From Polyangiales bacterium (GTDB taxonomy: Bacteria > Myxococcota_A > Polyangia > Polyangiales > Ga0077539): a DNA stretch of 64,000 nucleotides. The stretch's first letter is position 1, and every line of letters begins with the position of its first letter. The stretch lies in contig JBGARZ010000003.1 of assembly GCA_044229975.1 (NCBI GenBank), positions 480,001-544,000 of the forward strand, given 5' to 3'. Shown here piece by piece: positions 19,013 through 28,990 of the stretch. Made by a program: the position numbers and the translations under genes. The notes under the pieces are model-generated. The model saw only the letters and a list, made by a program, of their open reading frames with translations. It was not told where the DNA came from and did no database searches.

Positions 19013-20140
19013 TCAACCCTCGCCGCTGCCCTCGTCGCCTTCGCCCGTGAGCGAGGCCACGAGCTGGTTGATGCGGTACACGATGCCACCGAGCTCGGCG
19101 TGCTCGACGTTGATGCGGTGCTGGGTGTTGCCGTTGACGATCGTGAGGAGCCCCTCCTCGATCTGCTCGATGGGCTTCTCGAAGTACTGCGCCACGAAGA
19201 GGTTGTACCCGACCACCAGGAACAGCCCGAGCAGCATCGCGATGAGCGCGGGCATCGCCACCGACCCGGCGGGCGCCTGCGCGTCGGTGAGGCTGCGCAG
19301 CACGATGGCGCCCTGCGGAGTCACCGAGCCCGGCATCGGCATGGTGCGGGCGATGTAGTCCTCGCCGCCCAGCGAGAGGCGCACCTCGCTGCGAGCGCGC
19401 ACAAGCTGCTCGCCGCCCGCGGCGGGCGAGTTGGCCCACGCCACGAGCTCTTCCTTCTCGCGCTGCGAGCCCACCGACAACGACTGCACCGTGTAGCGGT
19501 TGCCCTCGCGGAAGATGTAGCCGACACCCACACCGAGACGCGTGCCGTCCGCGCGCGCCGCACTGTCCGAGACCGAGAAGCCCGCGAGTACGCCGCCGCG
19601 GACCGTTCCGCCGACGACCACCGGGACGACCACGACCTCCATCCAGCCCTGATCGCCGTAGCGGATGAAGTCGCGCACGCCATGACCCGTCGCGCCCGCC
19701 TGGATGGCCTGGCGCACCGCCGGAAACTCCGCCGCGAGGTTGCGGTCGGCGTCGAGGTTGCGCTCGGTGTTGCGCGCGAGCACGTGGCCCTCGGCGTTGA
19801 GCAGCGCCACGAGCTCGGCCGGGCGCTCGCGGTGGGCCAGGTCGGCGAGCTGGCGCGAGAACGACTGCGCCACCGCGAAGGCCGCGTCGCGCTGGGCGCT
19901 CTGGCTCTCGCCGGCGAACACCGCGGCCACCGTCGGCTGCGCGGCGAGCTCCTCGACCTTGTCGACGAACTGGTCACCGTCACGGACGCGGATCGCTTCA
20001 AGCGCCGTGACCGCACGCTGCGTCGAGGGCCCGGCGTCCTGCAAGAGCGCCTCGGTGGCCTCCCGCTTCACGAGAAACCAACCGATGACGCCGATCAACA
20101 AGACCGCGACGACGTTACCGACCAGAAGCTTCCAGCGCAT
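19013..20140 (-). CDS. Cache-like sensor + HAMP membrane protein lacking an output domain
   Basis: N-terminal TM, LLNAEGHVLAR Cache-like segment, second TM, KPIEQIEEG...ELG HAMP, then stop. Confidence 0.7.
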   Translation of the reverse strand: MRWKLLVGNVVAVLLIGVIGWFLVKREATEALLQDAGPSTQRAVTALEAIRVRDGDQFVDKVEELAAQPTVAAVFAGESQSAQRDAAFAVAQSFSRQLADLAHRERPAELVALLNAEGHVLARNTERNLDADRNLAAEFPAVRQAIQAGATGHGVRDFIRYGDQGWMEVVVVPVVVGGTVRGGVLAGFSVSDSAARADGTRLGVGVGYIFREGNRYTVQSLSVGSQREKEELVAWANSPAAGGEQLVRARSEVRLSLGGEDYIARTMPMPGSVTPQGAIVLRSLTDAQAPAGSVAMPALIAMLLGLFLVVGYNLFVAQYFEKPIEQIEEGLLTIVNGNTQHRINVEHAELGGIVYRINQLVASLTGEGDEGSGEG

Positions 20141-20310
20141 CGTAGGCTCCACCCATCTGGAGAGACTGCCCACGCCTCGCGAACCCGCACAATCTCAGGG
20201 CGGAGTCGCGACGACCCCTTCCGCGCGCGACGCTCGTTGGCGATACTTTCCCGGAGGTATCACCCCGGCGAGAGCCCGGTCAAGACGCTCTGAGAAAGCC
20301 AACACCCGCG

Positions 20311-21402
20311 ATGTCCGACGCTTCCGCCACGACGCCTCCGCTCACCGTGTGGTCCGACCCGCGCTTCCAGGCGCACCAGTCCAGCGGCTACCACGCCGAG
20401 CGCCCGGCCCGCCTCGACGCCGCGCTGCGAGGCGCCCGCGCCGTGCTCGCCGAGACCCACGGCGTCGAGCGCACCGTCCCCGCGCCCGCGCCGCGTGACG
20501 CCCTCGCCCGCGTCCACAGCGGCGAGCACCTCGACCGCCTCGACACCCTCGCCGCGCGCGGCGGGCGCACGCAGCTCGACCCCGACACCTACTTCGGTCC
20601 CGGTAGCCTGGAGGCCGCCACGCTCGCCGCCGGCGGCGCCATCGCCCTCGTCGACGCCCTCATGTCGGGCTCCATCGAGGTCGGCGCGCTGCTCGCGCGA
20701 CCGCCGGGGCATCACGCCACGCGCGACCGCGCCAGCGGGTTCTGCCTGCTCAACAACGTCGCCGTCGGCGCCGCGCACGCACGCTCACTCGGCGCACGCC
20801 GCGTGGCCATCGTCGACTGGGACGTTCACCACGGCAACGGAACGCAGGACATCTTCTGGCGCGACCCCTCGGTGCTCTTCATCTCGCTCCATCAAGCGCC
20901 GCTCTACCCCGACAGCGGCTGGGTCACCGAGACCGGCGCCAACGGCGGCGAGGGCGCGACGCTCAACCTCCCCTTCCCCGCAGGCGGCGACGGCGCCCTC
21001 TACGCCGCGGCCTTCGAGCGCGTCGTGCTGCCCGTGCTCGAAGAGGCCGCGCCCGACCTCATCCTGGTGTCCGCGGGCTTCGATGGCCACGCGCGCGACC
21101 CGCTCGCCAGCATGCTGCTCCAGGACGGCGACTACGCCTGGATGGCCGCGCGCCTGCGCGAGACGGCGCGTCGCTGCTGCGGCGGGCGCATCGGCTTCGT
21201 CATGGAGGGCGGCTACGACCTCACCGCGCTCGAGACCAGCGTCGCGGCCATGCTGCGCGGCGCCGCCGACCCGGCCGCGTACCCGACGCCCATCGCCCGT
21301 ACGCCGTCGCCCGGAGCCGATCGCATCATCGACGGCGTCGTGAAGGTCGCCTCCCCGTGGTGGCGCTGCCTGCGCGCGCCCACCTCCGTCAGCGCTGCGT
21401 GA
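20311..21402 (+). CDS. Histone deacetylase family (AcuC/HdaH-like) amidohydrolase
   Basis: RPPGHHA, GFCLLNN, DWDVHHGNGTQ, SAGFDGHARDPL, EGGY. Confidence 0.95.
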   Translation: MSDASATTPPLTVWSDPRFQAHQSSGYHAERPARLDAALRGARAVLAETHGVERTVPAPAPRDALARVHSGEHLDRLDTLAARGGRTQLDPDTYFGPGSLEAATLAAGGAIALVDALMSGSIEVGALLARPPGHHATRDRASGFCLLNNVAVGAAHARSLGARRVAIVDWDVHHGNGTQDIFWRDPSVLFISLHQAPLYPDSGWVTETGANGGEGATLNLPFPAGGDGALYAAAFERVVLPVLEEAAPDLILVSAGFDGHARDPLASMLLQDGDYAWMAARLRETARRCCGGRIGFVMEGGYDLTALETSVAAMLRGAADPAAYPTPIARTPSPGADRIIDGVVKVASPWWRCLRAPTSVSAA

Positions 21403-22270
21403 CCGTCACCCCCGACGCGCGCTCGATGAAAAACGCCACCGCCGCCCCGACCGCCAGCGCCGCCCCGGTGCCCAGGAAGATGTCCGATCGGTGCGCCGCC
21501 TCCCACTGCGCGTTGCAGCCCGCGCAGTCTTCCGTCGCCGCGCTCACCGCGAAGTAGCCGCTCACGCCCAGCGCCACGACGCCGAGGCCGCCCAGCACCA
21601 CGCTCGCGATGTGCGGCGCGGCGCGCGTTCGATAGACCGTCGCCCGCGCCGGGTTGGCGAACACCGCCGCCGCCTCCCCCGAGCGCACCCGCACGCGCGC
21701 CACCCACGGCTGCATGCCCGGTCGCGTGACCTCCACCCGATGCACACCCTCGGTCGCCGACGTCGGGGTCGTCAGCGCAGACGCCTGCTGCGCCCGACCG
21801 TCGAGCGACACCGTCGACGACGCGGCGTCGCCCTCGACCTCCACCCGCAGCGTCTGGCCAACCGCCTGACGCGCCTGGGACGCGCGACGGATCTCGTCGA
21901 GGCGTTCGAGCTCCGCGATGTGGCGCTCGACCTGCACCCGGTCGGGCGGATCGACCTTGTCGCGCAGGTAGCGACGGAGGTCGTCCACGGCACCGCGGTA
22001 GTCGGTGAGCATCTCCCTCGCCCGCGCGATGTTGAACCACAGCTCCGGCGTCGGAACCGCCGCGTTGGCCAGCTCGAACTCGTGGATCGCCCCGCTGTAG
22101 TCCCGCTGCCTGAAGCGCTGAAACCCCTCGGTGATGTGCCGCTGCGCCTCGTCGATGCGCGACCCGCCCGCCGTCGCAACACCCGCGTCGGTCTGCGCCA
22201 CACACTCGGCCGCAAGCCCTCCGCACGCGAGACCGATGGCGAGGGCAGCGAGCGGCCGTCGCACCGTCAC
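21389..22270 (-). CDS. Secreted TPR + PEGA-like protein
   Basis: GTG overlaps the upstream stop; TPR (AIHEFELAN...LWFNIARA); PEGA-like VSLDG...GVHRVEVTRPG. Confidence 0.75.
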   Translation of the reverse strand: MTVRRPLAALAIGLACGGLAAECVAQTDAGVATAGGSRIDEAQRHITEGFQRFRQRDYSGAIHEFELANAAVPTPELWFNIARAREMLTDYRGAVDDLRRYLRDKVDPPDRVQVERHIAELERLDEIRRASQARQAVGQTLRVEVEGDAASSTVSLDGRAQQASALTTPTSATEGVHRVEVTRPGMQPWVARVRVRSGEAAAVFANPARATVYRTRAAPHIASVVLGGLGVVALGVSGYFAVSAATEDCAGCNAQWEAAHRSDIFLGTGAALAVGAAVAFFIERASGVTVTQR

Positions 22271-23562
22271 ACCCCGCGGAGGAGGTTGCGCAGCCAGACG
22301 ATCTTCCACGACCCCGCGAAGCCCGCCATGAGCCACGGGTCGCGCTCCATGAGGCGGCGGGTGATCCAGCCCGCGCGGTTGTAGTCCGAACCCCCGGTGA
22401 GCATCACCACGCTGCCGCCGCCGGGCTGCGCCACGACGTCCCAGCGGTGCGAGGCGCCCGCGAAATCACCGCTCAATCCCTCGTGCCACACGACGTTGTC
22501 GCCGAAGCGCGCGCGCTGGTCGCCCTCCAGGCGGCTCAACGGGTTTTCCACCACGTTGTGGAAGCGCACCGCCCCCTCCGGGTCGTCGCCTGCGCGCGGC
22601 AGCACCGTGACCTCGCGCATCGATCCCCACACCCGCGTGTACGCCGCGACGTCGCGCAGACGCGTCATGACGGCGGCCGGTTCGGCGGGGGTCCACGCCG
22701 CGACGGTGACCTGCCGGATGGAGCCCTCGTCGGTGAGCTGCATCGAGAGCACCGTCCCCTCGCGGGCCAGCGCGACCCACTCACCGGGCGGCGGCGGCGC
22801 GAGCTCACCCGCCGCGACGCTCCCCTCCGCCGGGCGCATCGGAACCTGCCGCCCACCGAGGATCTCCGCGCGACGCACGGCGCCCAGTGCGAGCACGCTG
22901 TCGGTCGCGATGTTCATGCCCGCGATGGACGAGGGCGAGCGCCGCGCGAGCTGTCGCAGGAGCCAGTGGCCCTCGGAGGGATCACCCCAGGTCGTGAGCG
23001 ACACGATGCTGCGACCGTCGCCGTCGGGGTAGAGGTCCCAGCGTGATCCGCCGGGGCCCGTCTCGGACTGGGTCACGATGACGTCGACGCGGCGCTCGCC
23101 CACCTGGCGCATCTCGCAGAGCGCGTTGACGTTGAAGAGCGGCGCGGCCACCTCGAAGCGAAACCCGATGCGCGACTCGTGCTGCGAGAGCACCTCCACG
23201 GTGCGCAGGATGGGCATGAACGTCGGGTACTCCGACGGCGTCGTCACCACGTGGCGCACCTGATCGAGCGGCACCGCGGCGCGTGTCACCAGCGTGATGC
23301 GCGCGTCACGCCCCGCATCGGCATCGCGCACGATGAACGCCGGGCCGCGCGTCAGCAGCGGACGCAGCGCATCGAGCGTGGCGGCCGAGGGCGCTTGCAG
23401 CGGACGGGTGGCGCCGACCGCGGGACTGGCCGCGGCCGGGGTGCCCGCTTCCGCGCCAGGAGCGGTGGTTGGGGAAGCGGGAGCGGGCGGCCGGGTGGAC
23501 GCGCAACCGAGGTGGAGACTCAGGAGCGCTGCGAGCGCCTTGACGACACGGGCCTTGTGCAT
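22267..23562 (-). CDS. Lipoprotein with tandem SRPBCC (START/polyketide cyclase-like) domains
   Basis: Lipobox HLGC; two repeats with Y(P/T)xxxxxxxxVxVL ... G.xxRWD patterns. Confidence 0.7.
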   Translation of the reverse strand: MHKARVVKALAALLSLHLGCASTRPPAPASPTTAPGAEAGTPAAASPAVGATRPLQAPSAATLDALRPLLTRGPAFIVRDADAGRDARITLVTRAAVPLDQVRHVVTTPSEYPTFMPILRTVEVLSQHESRIGFRFEVAAPLFNVNALCEMRQVGERRVDVIVTQSETGPGGSRWDLYPDGDGRSIVSLTTWGDPSEGHWLLRQLARRSPSSIAGMNIATDSVLALGAVRRAEILGGRQVPMRPAEGSVAAGELAPPPPGEWVALAREGTVLSMQLTDEGSIRQVTVAAWTPAEPAAVMTRLRDVAAYTRVWGSMREVTVLPRAGDDPEGAVRFHNVVENPLSRLEGDQRARFGDNVVWHEGLSGDFAGASHRWDVVAQPGGGSVVMLTGGSDYNRAGWITRRLMERDPWLMAGFAGSWKIVWLRNLLRGV

Positions 23563-23576
23563 GGCAACTCCGAGCC

Positions 23577-25250
23577 ATGGTGATGGAAGCGCTGCGGGAT
23601 GTCACGGGTTGGGCGCGGGTGTTCGCGCGCGTCGGCCGAGGGTCCGAGCTGGTGCAGGGCGCGAGCCCGCAGGCGTCGCTGCTCGCGGCGAAGCTGTTGA
23701 GCTCGGGGCGCGCCGGGCTGTCCACCGCGCTCCGGGTGCGCGCGGTGGGCGACGCGCATCGACCAGCCTTCGTGTGGCGCGGACGCAGCATCGACTTCGC
23801 CACCGTCGACGACCGCGTCGATCGCCTCGCCGCGGGCCTCCGTCGCAGGGGCCTCGGGCGTCGCGAGGCCGCGGCGCTGGTGCTGCGCAACCGCCCCGAG
23901 TTCTTCGAGATCGAAGCAGCAATGGCGCGCATCGGGGCCTCGGCCGTGAGCGTCTCGTGGCGCAGCACCGCGGCGGAGCTTCGCTACCTCCTCGGCCACT
24001 CCGGGGCGAAGGCCGTCTTCTTCGAGCACGACCTCGCCCCCGTCGTGCAGGAGGCCGTGCGCGAGCTCCCGGCGCTCAAGGCCGAGCGACTCTTCGCGGT
24101 GGACGGCGACGTCCCCGGCGCGGCCCGCTACGACGACCTCCTCGACTCGGTGAAGAACACCACGCTCGACGAAGAAGACGGCGCGGTGGTGATCTACACG
24201 TCGGGCACCACGGGGCGGCCGAAGGGCGCGGTGCGGCGCTTCGGCGTCGGGCAGGTGCTGGGCTTCGCGGCGTTCATGGAGCGGGTGACGCTGAAGCGGA
24301 GCGACCGGCACCTGTGCGTGTGCCCGCTCTACCACTCGACGGGGCTCGCCTTCGCGGGCATGTCGCTGATGGTCGGCGGGTGCGTGGTCATCGAGCCGGA
24401 GTTCGAGCCGCTGCGCTTCCTGCGCGCCATCGAGCGCGAGCGCATCACCACGACGGCCATCGTTCCGACCATGCTGCATCGGTTGATGGCACTCGACCCG
24501 GTGGTGCTGCGCGGGCACTCCACCCGCTCGCTGCGGGTGATGCTGTGCGGCGGCGCGCAGCTCCCGGCGCCCCTCGCCACGCGCACCCTCGATGCCTTCG
24601 GCGACGTTCTCTACAACTTCTATGGCGCCACCGAGACGGGCCTCGTCACCGTCGCCACACCCGACGACCTGCGCGCTGCGCCCGGAACCATCGGGCGCGC
24701 ACTGCACGGCGTCTCCATCCGCCTGCTGGGCGCGTCGGGCGAGGAGGTTGCGCCGGGTGCCGTCGGGGAGCTCTACGCCCGCAGCTCGATGCTGGTGGAG
24801 GGCTATCACGCCGACGATGAGGCCACGCGGTCGTCGATGCGCGACGGGCACTTCAGCGTCGGCGACCTCGCGACGGTCGACGCGGCGGGCCGCTACACCA
24901 TCTGCGGGCGGCAGCGCGACATGGTCATCAGCGGCGGCGTCAACGTGTACCCGGCGGAGGTCGAGGGGACCATCGACGCGCACCCGAACGTCGCGCAGTC
25001 GGCGGTGATTGGTGTGCCCGACGAGGAGTGGGGTGAGCGGCTGCGGGCCTTCGTGGTGCTGCGCGCGGGCGTCGACGCGACGGATGCGCGAGGGGTGGCG
25101 CAGGAGCTCAAGCAGTGGTGTCGGGCGCGGTCGTCGGGGGCGAAGGTTCCGCGCGAGTGGGTGTTGGTGGAGGGGCTGCCGAGCAACCCGACGGGCAAGG
25201 TGCTGAAGCGCGAGTTGAAGGATTGGAGGGGTGAGGTGATCGCGGTGTGA
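23577..25250 (+). CDS. AMP-dependent acyl-CoA synthetase
   Basis: YTSGTTGRPKG, YGATE, GDL, GRQRDMVISGGVNVYP, LPSNPTGKVLK. Confidence 0.93.
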   Translation: MVMEALRDVTGWARVFARVGRGSELVQGASPQASLLAAKLLSSGRAGLSTALRVRAVGDAHRPAFVWRGRSIDFATVDDRVDRLAAGLRRRGLGRREAAALVLRNRPEFFEIEAAMARIGASAVSVSWRSTAAELRYLLGHSGAKAVFFEHDLAPVVQEAVRELPALKAERLFAVDGDVPGAARYDDLLDSVKNTTLDEEDGAVVIYTSGTTGRPKGAVRRFGVGQVLGFAAFMERVTLKRSDRHLCVCPLYHSTGLAFAGMSLMVGGCVVIEPEFEPLRFLRAIERERITTTAIVPTMLHRLMALDPVVLRGHSTRSLRVMLCGGAQLPAPLATRTLDAFGDVLYNFYGATETGLVTVATPDDLRAAPGTIGRALHGVSIRLLGASGEEVAPGAVGELYARSSMLVEGYHADDEATRSSMRDGHFSVGDLATVDAAGRYTICGRQRDMVISGGVNVYPAEVEGTIDAHPNVAQSAVIGVPDEEWGERLRAFVVLRAGVDATDARGVAQELKQWCRARSSGAKVPREWVLVEGLPSNPTGKVLKRELKDWRGEVIAV

Positions 25251-25439
25251 AGAGACTCCGTGCGTGGGTGGCGGATGGGCGCGCAAGGCACGTCGACAGG
25301 TCCACCCAATGCGTCCTTACCCGGGCCGTACGACGCCTGCGATCGGGGTTGGGAAGACGAAGCGGGCGGGGCGGTGATCGATACCGGGGGGTATGGATTT
25401 CGGTACCGGGCGAGCGGTGCACCGCCACGCGGGAAGGGA

Positions 25440-25862
25440 CTACTTCTCGGTCGGCTTCTTGCGCGGCCCGGTCGCCATGAACTTCTCGAAGGACTCGATG
25501 GCGCTGGCGACGGCGCGGTTCTTCGGCGCGGCGGCCTGCGCCCGCTTGTAGATCTCGAGCATGCCCGACCACGCGCGGGCGGCGTGTAGCAGGCGCGTCT
25601 CGGTGGCCATCTCGGCGTGCTTGATGGCGGCCTGCTCGACGGGACCGAGCGCGTGCCACGCGGCGAGGTCTTCGCGGATCGCCGTGGTCGACGTCTCGAC
25701 CTCACCGAGAATCGCGGCGTGCTTCTCGTAGAGCGCGACGAGGTCGGCGGCCTGATCGGCGAAGCCCTCGCGCGGCTTCGGCAAGGCGCGCATCTCGTCG
25801 GCAGAGAGATCGATGAGCGTGGGGGCGGGCTTCTTCTTCGGAGACTTCTTCGCCGTGGCCAT
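25440..25862 (-). CDS. Hypothetical helical protein
   Basis: GGAGG RBS, GC3-biased codons, basic termini. Confidence 0.7.
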   Translation of the reverse strand: MATAKKSPKKKPAPTLIDLSADEMRALPKPREGFADQAADLVALYEKHAAILGEVETSTTAIREDLAAWHALGPVEQAAIKHAEMATETRLLHAARAWSGMLEIYKRAQAAAPKNRAVASAIESFEKFMATGPRKKPTEK

Positions 25863-25942
25863 TGGGCATCCTCCCGGTCGTAAGCGACCAGTCGGCGATG
25901 ATCGCGGCGCGATCTGGATGCGTCAACGTGGATGGGAGGCGG

Positions 25943-26374
25943 TCAGCGCTCGATCTTCGCAACCCGTCCGGTGTGACGGCCGCCCTCGAACTCCGTCGCC
26001 GCGAAGGCCGCCAACGCACCCTCCGCGACGCCCTTGCCGATGACCCGCCCGCCGAACGCGATCACGTTGGCGTCGTTGTGCTGCCGCGACGCGCGCGCCG
26101 TGAACTCGTCGTGACACAGCGCCGCCCGCACGCCCGCGTGGCGATTGGCGGCGATGGAGATGCCGATGCCCGATCCGCACACCAGCACGCCGCGGTCGGC
26201 GCCGCCCGCGACGATCACCTCCGCGAGCCGGTGTCCCCAGTCGGGGTAGTCGGTGGAGTTCGTGTCGTGCGTTCCGAGGTCGTCGACGGTCTCGCCGCGC
26301 GCGACCAGCCACGCCTCCAGGTGCTCCTTCAGCTCGAAGCCCGCGTGATCACTCGCCAGCACCCATCGCATCAT
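25943..26374 (-). CDS. rpiB: Ribose 5-phosphate isomerase B
   Basis: ASDHAG, DYPD, CGSGIGISIAAN, HNDANV, FEGGRH; ATG overlaps the fabF stop. Confidence 0.96.
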   Translation of the reverse strand: MMRWVLASDHAGFELKEHLEAWLVARGETVDDLGTHDTNSTDYPDWGHRLAEVIVAGGADRGVLVCGSGIGISIAANRHAGVRAALCHDEFTARASRQHNDANVIAFGGRVIGKGVAEGALAAFAATEFEGGRHTGRVAKIER

Positions 26375-27621
26375 GGACCTCCTTCGACGCGGCGAAAGAC
26401 GAGCGCCACGTTGGTTCCGCCAAAGCCGAAGGCGTTGCTGAGGGCCACGCCCACCCGCGCGTCGCGCGCCGCGCCGCGCACCAGATCGAAGGTCACCGCC
26501 GGGTCGACCTCCGTCACGTTGAGCGTCGGAGGCACCCGCTGCCGCGCCACCGCGAGCGCCGTAAACACCGCCTCGATGCCGCCCGCCGCGCCCAGCAGGT
26601 GACCCGTCGCGGCCTTCGTCGCGCTCACCATCACCCGCGCCGCGTGCTCGCCAAACACCGACTCGATCGCCTGCGCCTCGGCGCGATCGCCGAGCGACGT
26701 CCCCGTCGCATGCGCGTTGAGGTGATCGACCGAGTCCACCGCGAGCCCCGCGTCGTCGAGCGCCAGCTTCATCGCGCGCGCCGCCCCTTCGCCGCCCTCC
26801 GCGGGGTGCGTGAGGTGGTGCGCGTCGTCCGTCGCGCCGTACCCGACGAGCTCGGCGTAGATGCGCGCGCCGCGAGCAACGGCACGCTCCATCGACTCCA
26901 GCACCACCACGCCGGCCCCCTCGCCCATCACGAATCCGTCGCGCGCGGCGTCCCAGGGGCGCACCGCGCCGGTCGGGTCGTCGTTGCGCTGGGACATCGC
27001 CAACATCGCATCGAAGCCCGCGAGACCGAGGGGAGTCACCGACGCCTCGGCGCCGCCCGCGAGCATCACGTCGGCCTCGCCGCGCTGCACCCGGCGCATC
27101 GCTTCGCCGAGGGCGTGGGCACCCGACGCGCAGGCGCTGGTGGTGCAGTAGTTCACGCCGCGCAGACCGAAGCGCATCGCCACCTGGCCGGGCGCCATGT
27201 TGGCCACCACCTGCGGAACAAAATACGGCGTCACCTTCCCCGGGCCGCGCGTACGCAGCGTCTCCATGGTGCGTTCGAGCGACGCGAGCCCTCCCATCCC
27301 CGAACCCAGGATCACCCCCGCCCGCGTGGACTCCTCGCCCTCCAACACATCGGGCAGACCCGCGTCGCGCCACGCCTCGCCCGCGGCCACCCACGCGAAA
27401 TGGGCGAAGCGGTCCATCTCGCGGGCTTTGCGTTTGCCGATGAGAGCGTCGGCGTCGAAGTCGGTGACCTCGGCGGCGATCTGGCAGCGGTAGGCGGAGG
27501 TGTCGAAGGAGGTGATGCGCGCGACGGCCGAGCGCCCCGCACACAGGGCATCCCAGGATGCATCGACCCCGACGCCGAGCGGCGTGACCAGACCGAGGCC
27601 GGTGATGGCGACGCGGCGCAT
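26371..27621 (-). CDS. fabF: 3-oxoacyl-ACP synthase II
   Basis: TSACASG, RDGFVMGEG, NAHATGT, GHLLGAAG, NAFGFGGTN. Confidence 0.96.
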   Translation of the reverse strand: MRRVAITGLGLVTPLGVGVDASWDALCAGRSAVARITSFDTSAYRCQIAAEVTDFDADALIGKRKAREMDRFAHFAWVAAGEAWRDAGLPDVLEGEESTRAGVILGSGMGGLASLERTMETLRTRGPGKVTPYFVPQVVANMAPGQVAMRFGLRGVNYCTTSACASGAHALGEAMRRVQRGEADVMLAGGAEASVTPLGLAGFDAMLAMSQRNDDPTGAVRPWDAARDGFVMGEGAGVVVLESMERAVARGARIYAELVGYGATDDAHHLTHPAEGGEGAARAMKLALDDAGLAVDSVDHLNAHATGTSLGDRAEAQAIESVFGEHAARVMVSATKAATGHLLGAAGGIEAVFTALAVARQRVPPTLNVTEVDPAVTFDLVRGAARDARVGVALSNAFGFGGTNVALVFRRVEGGP

Positions 27622-27647
27622 GACGACGGGGTGGTGGGGGCGGAGGC

Positions 27648-27905
27648 TCAGGCCTTCGCGGGGACGCGGGTCACGATGTAATCGATGGCGTCCTGCACGG
27701 CGCGGATCTTCTCCGTCGCCTCGTCGGGAATCTCGACCCCGAACTCCTCTTCGAGCGCGAGCACGAGCTCGACGATCGCCAGCGAGTCGGCCTGGAGGTC
27801 GTCGATGAACGACGCCTCTGGCCGCACCTGCTCAAGGGGAAGGTCGAGGTTGTTGGCGATGAGCGCCCGAACCCGCTCCGACACGTCGCTGCCCGTCATC
27901 TGCAT
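27648..27905 (-). CDS. acpP: Acyl carrier protein
   Basis: [21 protein letters not shown]. Confidence 0.95.
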   Translation of the reverse strand: MQMTGSDVSERVRALIANNLDLPLEQVRPEASFIDDLQADSLAIVELVLALEEEFGVEIPDEATEKIRAVQDAIDYIVTRVPAKA

Positions 27906-27935
27906 TGCCTCCGCTTTCTCGATTGAGCGTTCCGC

Positions 27936-28682
27936 TCACATCCGCAATCCGCCGTTGACCCCGAGCACCTGTCCGGTCACCCAGGACGCTTCGCTCGACG
28001 CGAGATACACCACGGCGGCGGCCACGTCTTCAGGCCGCCCGAGCCGTCCCGCGGGGGTCATCTCTACCACCTTCTTCCGGACCTCGTCGCTCATCCCGAC
28101 GGACATGTCCGTCTCGACGTAGGCCGGCGACACCACGTTGGCCGTGATGCCCCGCGAGCCGTACTCCCGCGCGATGGACCGCATCATCCCGACCATCGCC
28201 GACTTGCTCGCGGCGTACATCGACTGCCCCGCGTTGCCCATCGCCCCGACCACCGACGACACCGCGATGATGCGCCCGTAGCGCGCCTTCATCATCGAGC
28301 GCACGGCGGCCTTCGCGACGAAGAGCGTTCCCTTCACGTTGGTCGCCAGCATGCGGTCGAAGTCCTCCTCCTGCGCGCGCAGCAGCAGCGAGTCGACGTT
28401 GACGCCCGCGTTGGCCACCACGATGGCCAGGTGCCCCTTGCGCTTCACGAGGCCCTCGATCGCCGTCGTCACCGCCTCGGCGTTGGACACGTCGAAGGGC
28501 AGGAGCTCTCCATCGCCACCGGCAGCGCGAATCGCGGCGAGGGTCTCCTCCGCCGCGGTGGCGTTGCTGGCGTAGTTGATGGCAACGAAGGCACCGCGAG
28601 AGGCCAGCGCCTCGGCGGTCGCGCGGCCGATGCCCCGCGATGCCCCGGTCACCAACGCGAGACGCCCGCTCAGGTCAAACAT
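27936..28682 (-). CDS. fabG: 3-oxoacyl-ACP reductase
   Basis: TGASRGIG, NAG, YAASK; located in the fab cluster. Confidence 0.93.
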   Translation of the reverse strand: MFDLSGRLALVTGASRGIGRATAEALASRGAFVAINYASNATAAEETLAAIRAAGGDGELLPFDVSNAEAVTTAIEGLVKRKGHLAIVVANAGVNVDSLLLRAQEEDFDRMLATNVKGTLFVAKAAVRSMMKARYGRIIAVSSVVGAMGNAGQSMYAASKSAMVGMMRSIAREYGSRGITANVVSPAYVETDMSVGMSDEVRKKVVEMTPAGRLGRPEDVAAAVVYLASSEASWVTGQVLGVNGGLRM

Positions 28683-28712
28683 CGCTCTCCATCGTGGCGT
28701 CGTACGGCGGAC

Positions 28713-28765
28713 GTGACGAGGCCGCGCTCATGGCCCCGGAGGATCACAAGCGCGGCGGTCGTCAC
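28713..28765. other. Intercistronic stem-loop between rpmF and fabG
   Basis: GTGACGAGGCCGCGCT...AGCGCGGCGGTCGTCAC imperfect inverted repeat; no U-tract. Confidence 0.5.
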
Positions 28766-28781
28766 ATGACTCCGACGGGTT

Positions 28782-28985
28782 TCAGCTCTCGGGGGTCGTC
28801 GCGGGCGCGGGCTTCGCGACGACGGACTGGCCATCGTAGAAGCCGCAGGCGGGACACACGCGGTGCGGGCGCTGCACTTCGCCGCAGTTGGAGCAGCGGG
28901 TCAGCGCGGGGGCCGACACCTTGTCGTGATTGGCGCGGCGCATGGCGCGAGCGGTGCGTGAGGTTCTCCTCTTGGGTACTGCCAC
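28782..28985 (-). CDS. rpmF: 50S ribosomal protein L32 (Zn-ribbon type)
   Basis: MAVPKRRTS...CSNCG...PHRVCPACGFY. Confidence 0.97.
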   Translation of the reverse strand: MAVPKRRTSRTARAMRRANHDKVSAPALTRCSNCGEVQRPHRVCPACGFYDGQSVVAKPAPATTPES

Positions 28986-28990
28986 GGGAC

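Noticed and set aside
25251..25439. Intergenic gap as a possible ncRNA or riboswitch
   Set aside because: No recognisable RNA family motif or convincing structure by eye.
26375..27544. Apparent long N-terminal extension of RpiB
   Set aside because: Off-frame overlap with fabF; RpiB starts at 26374.
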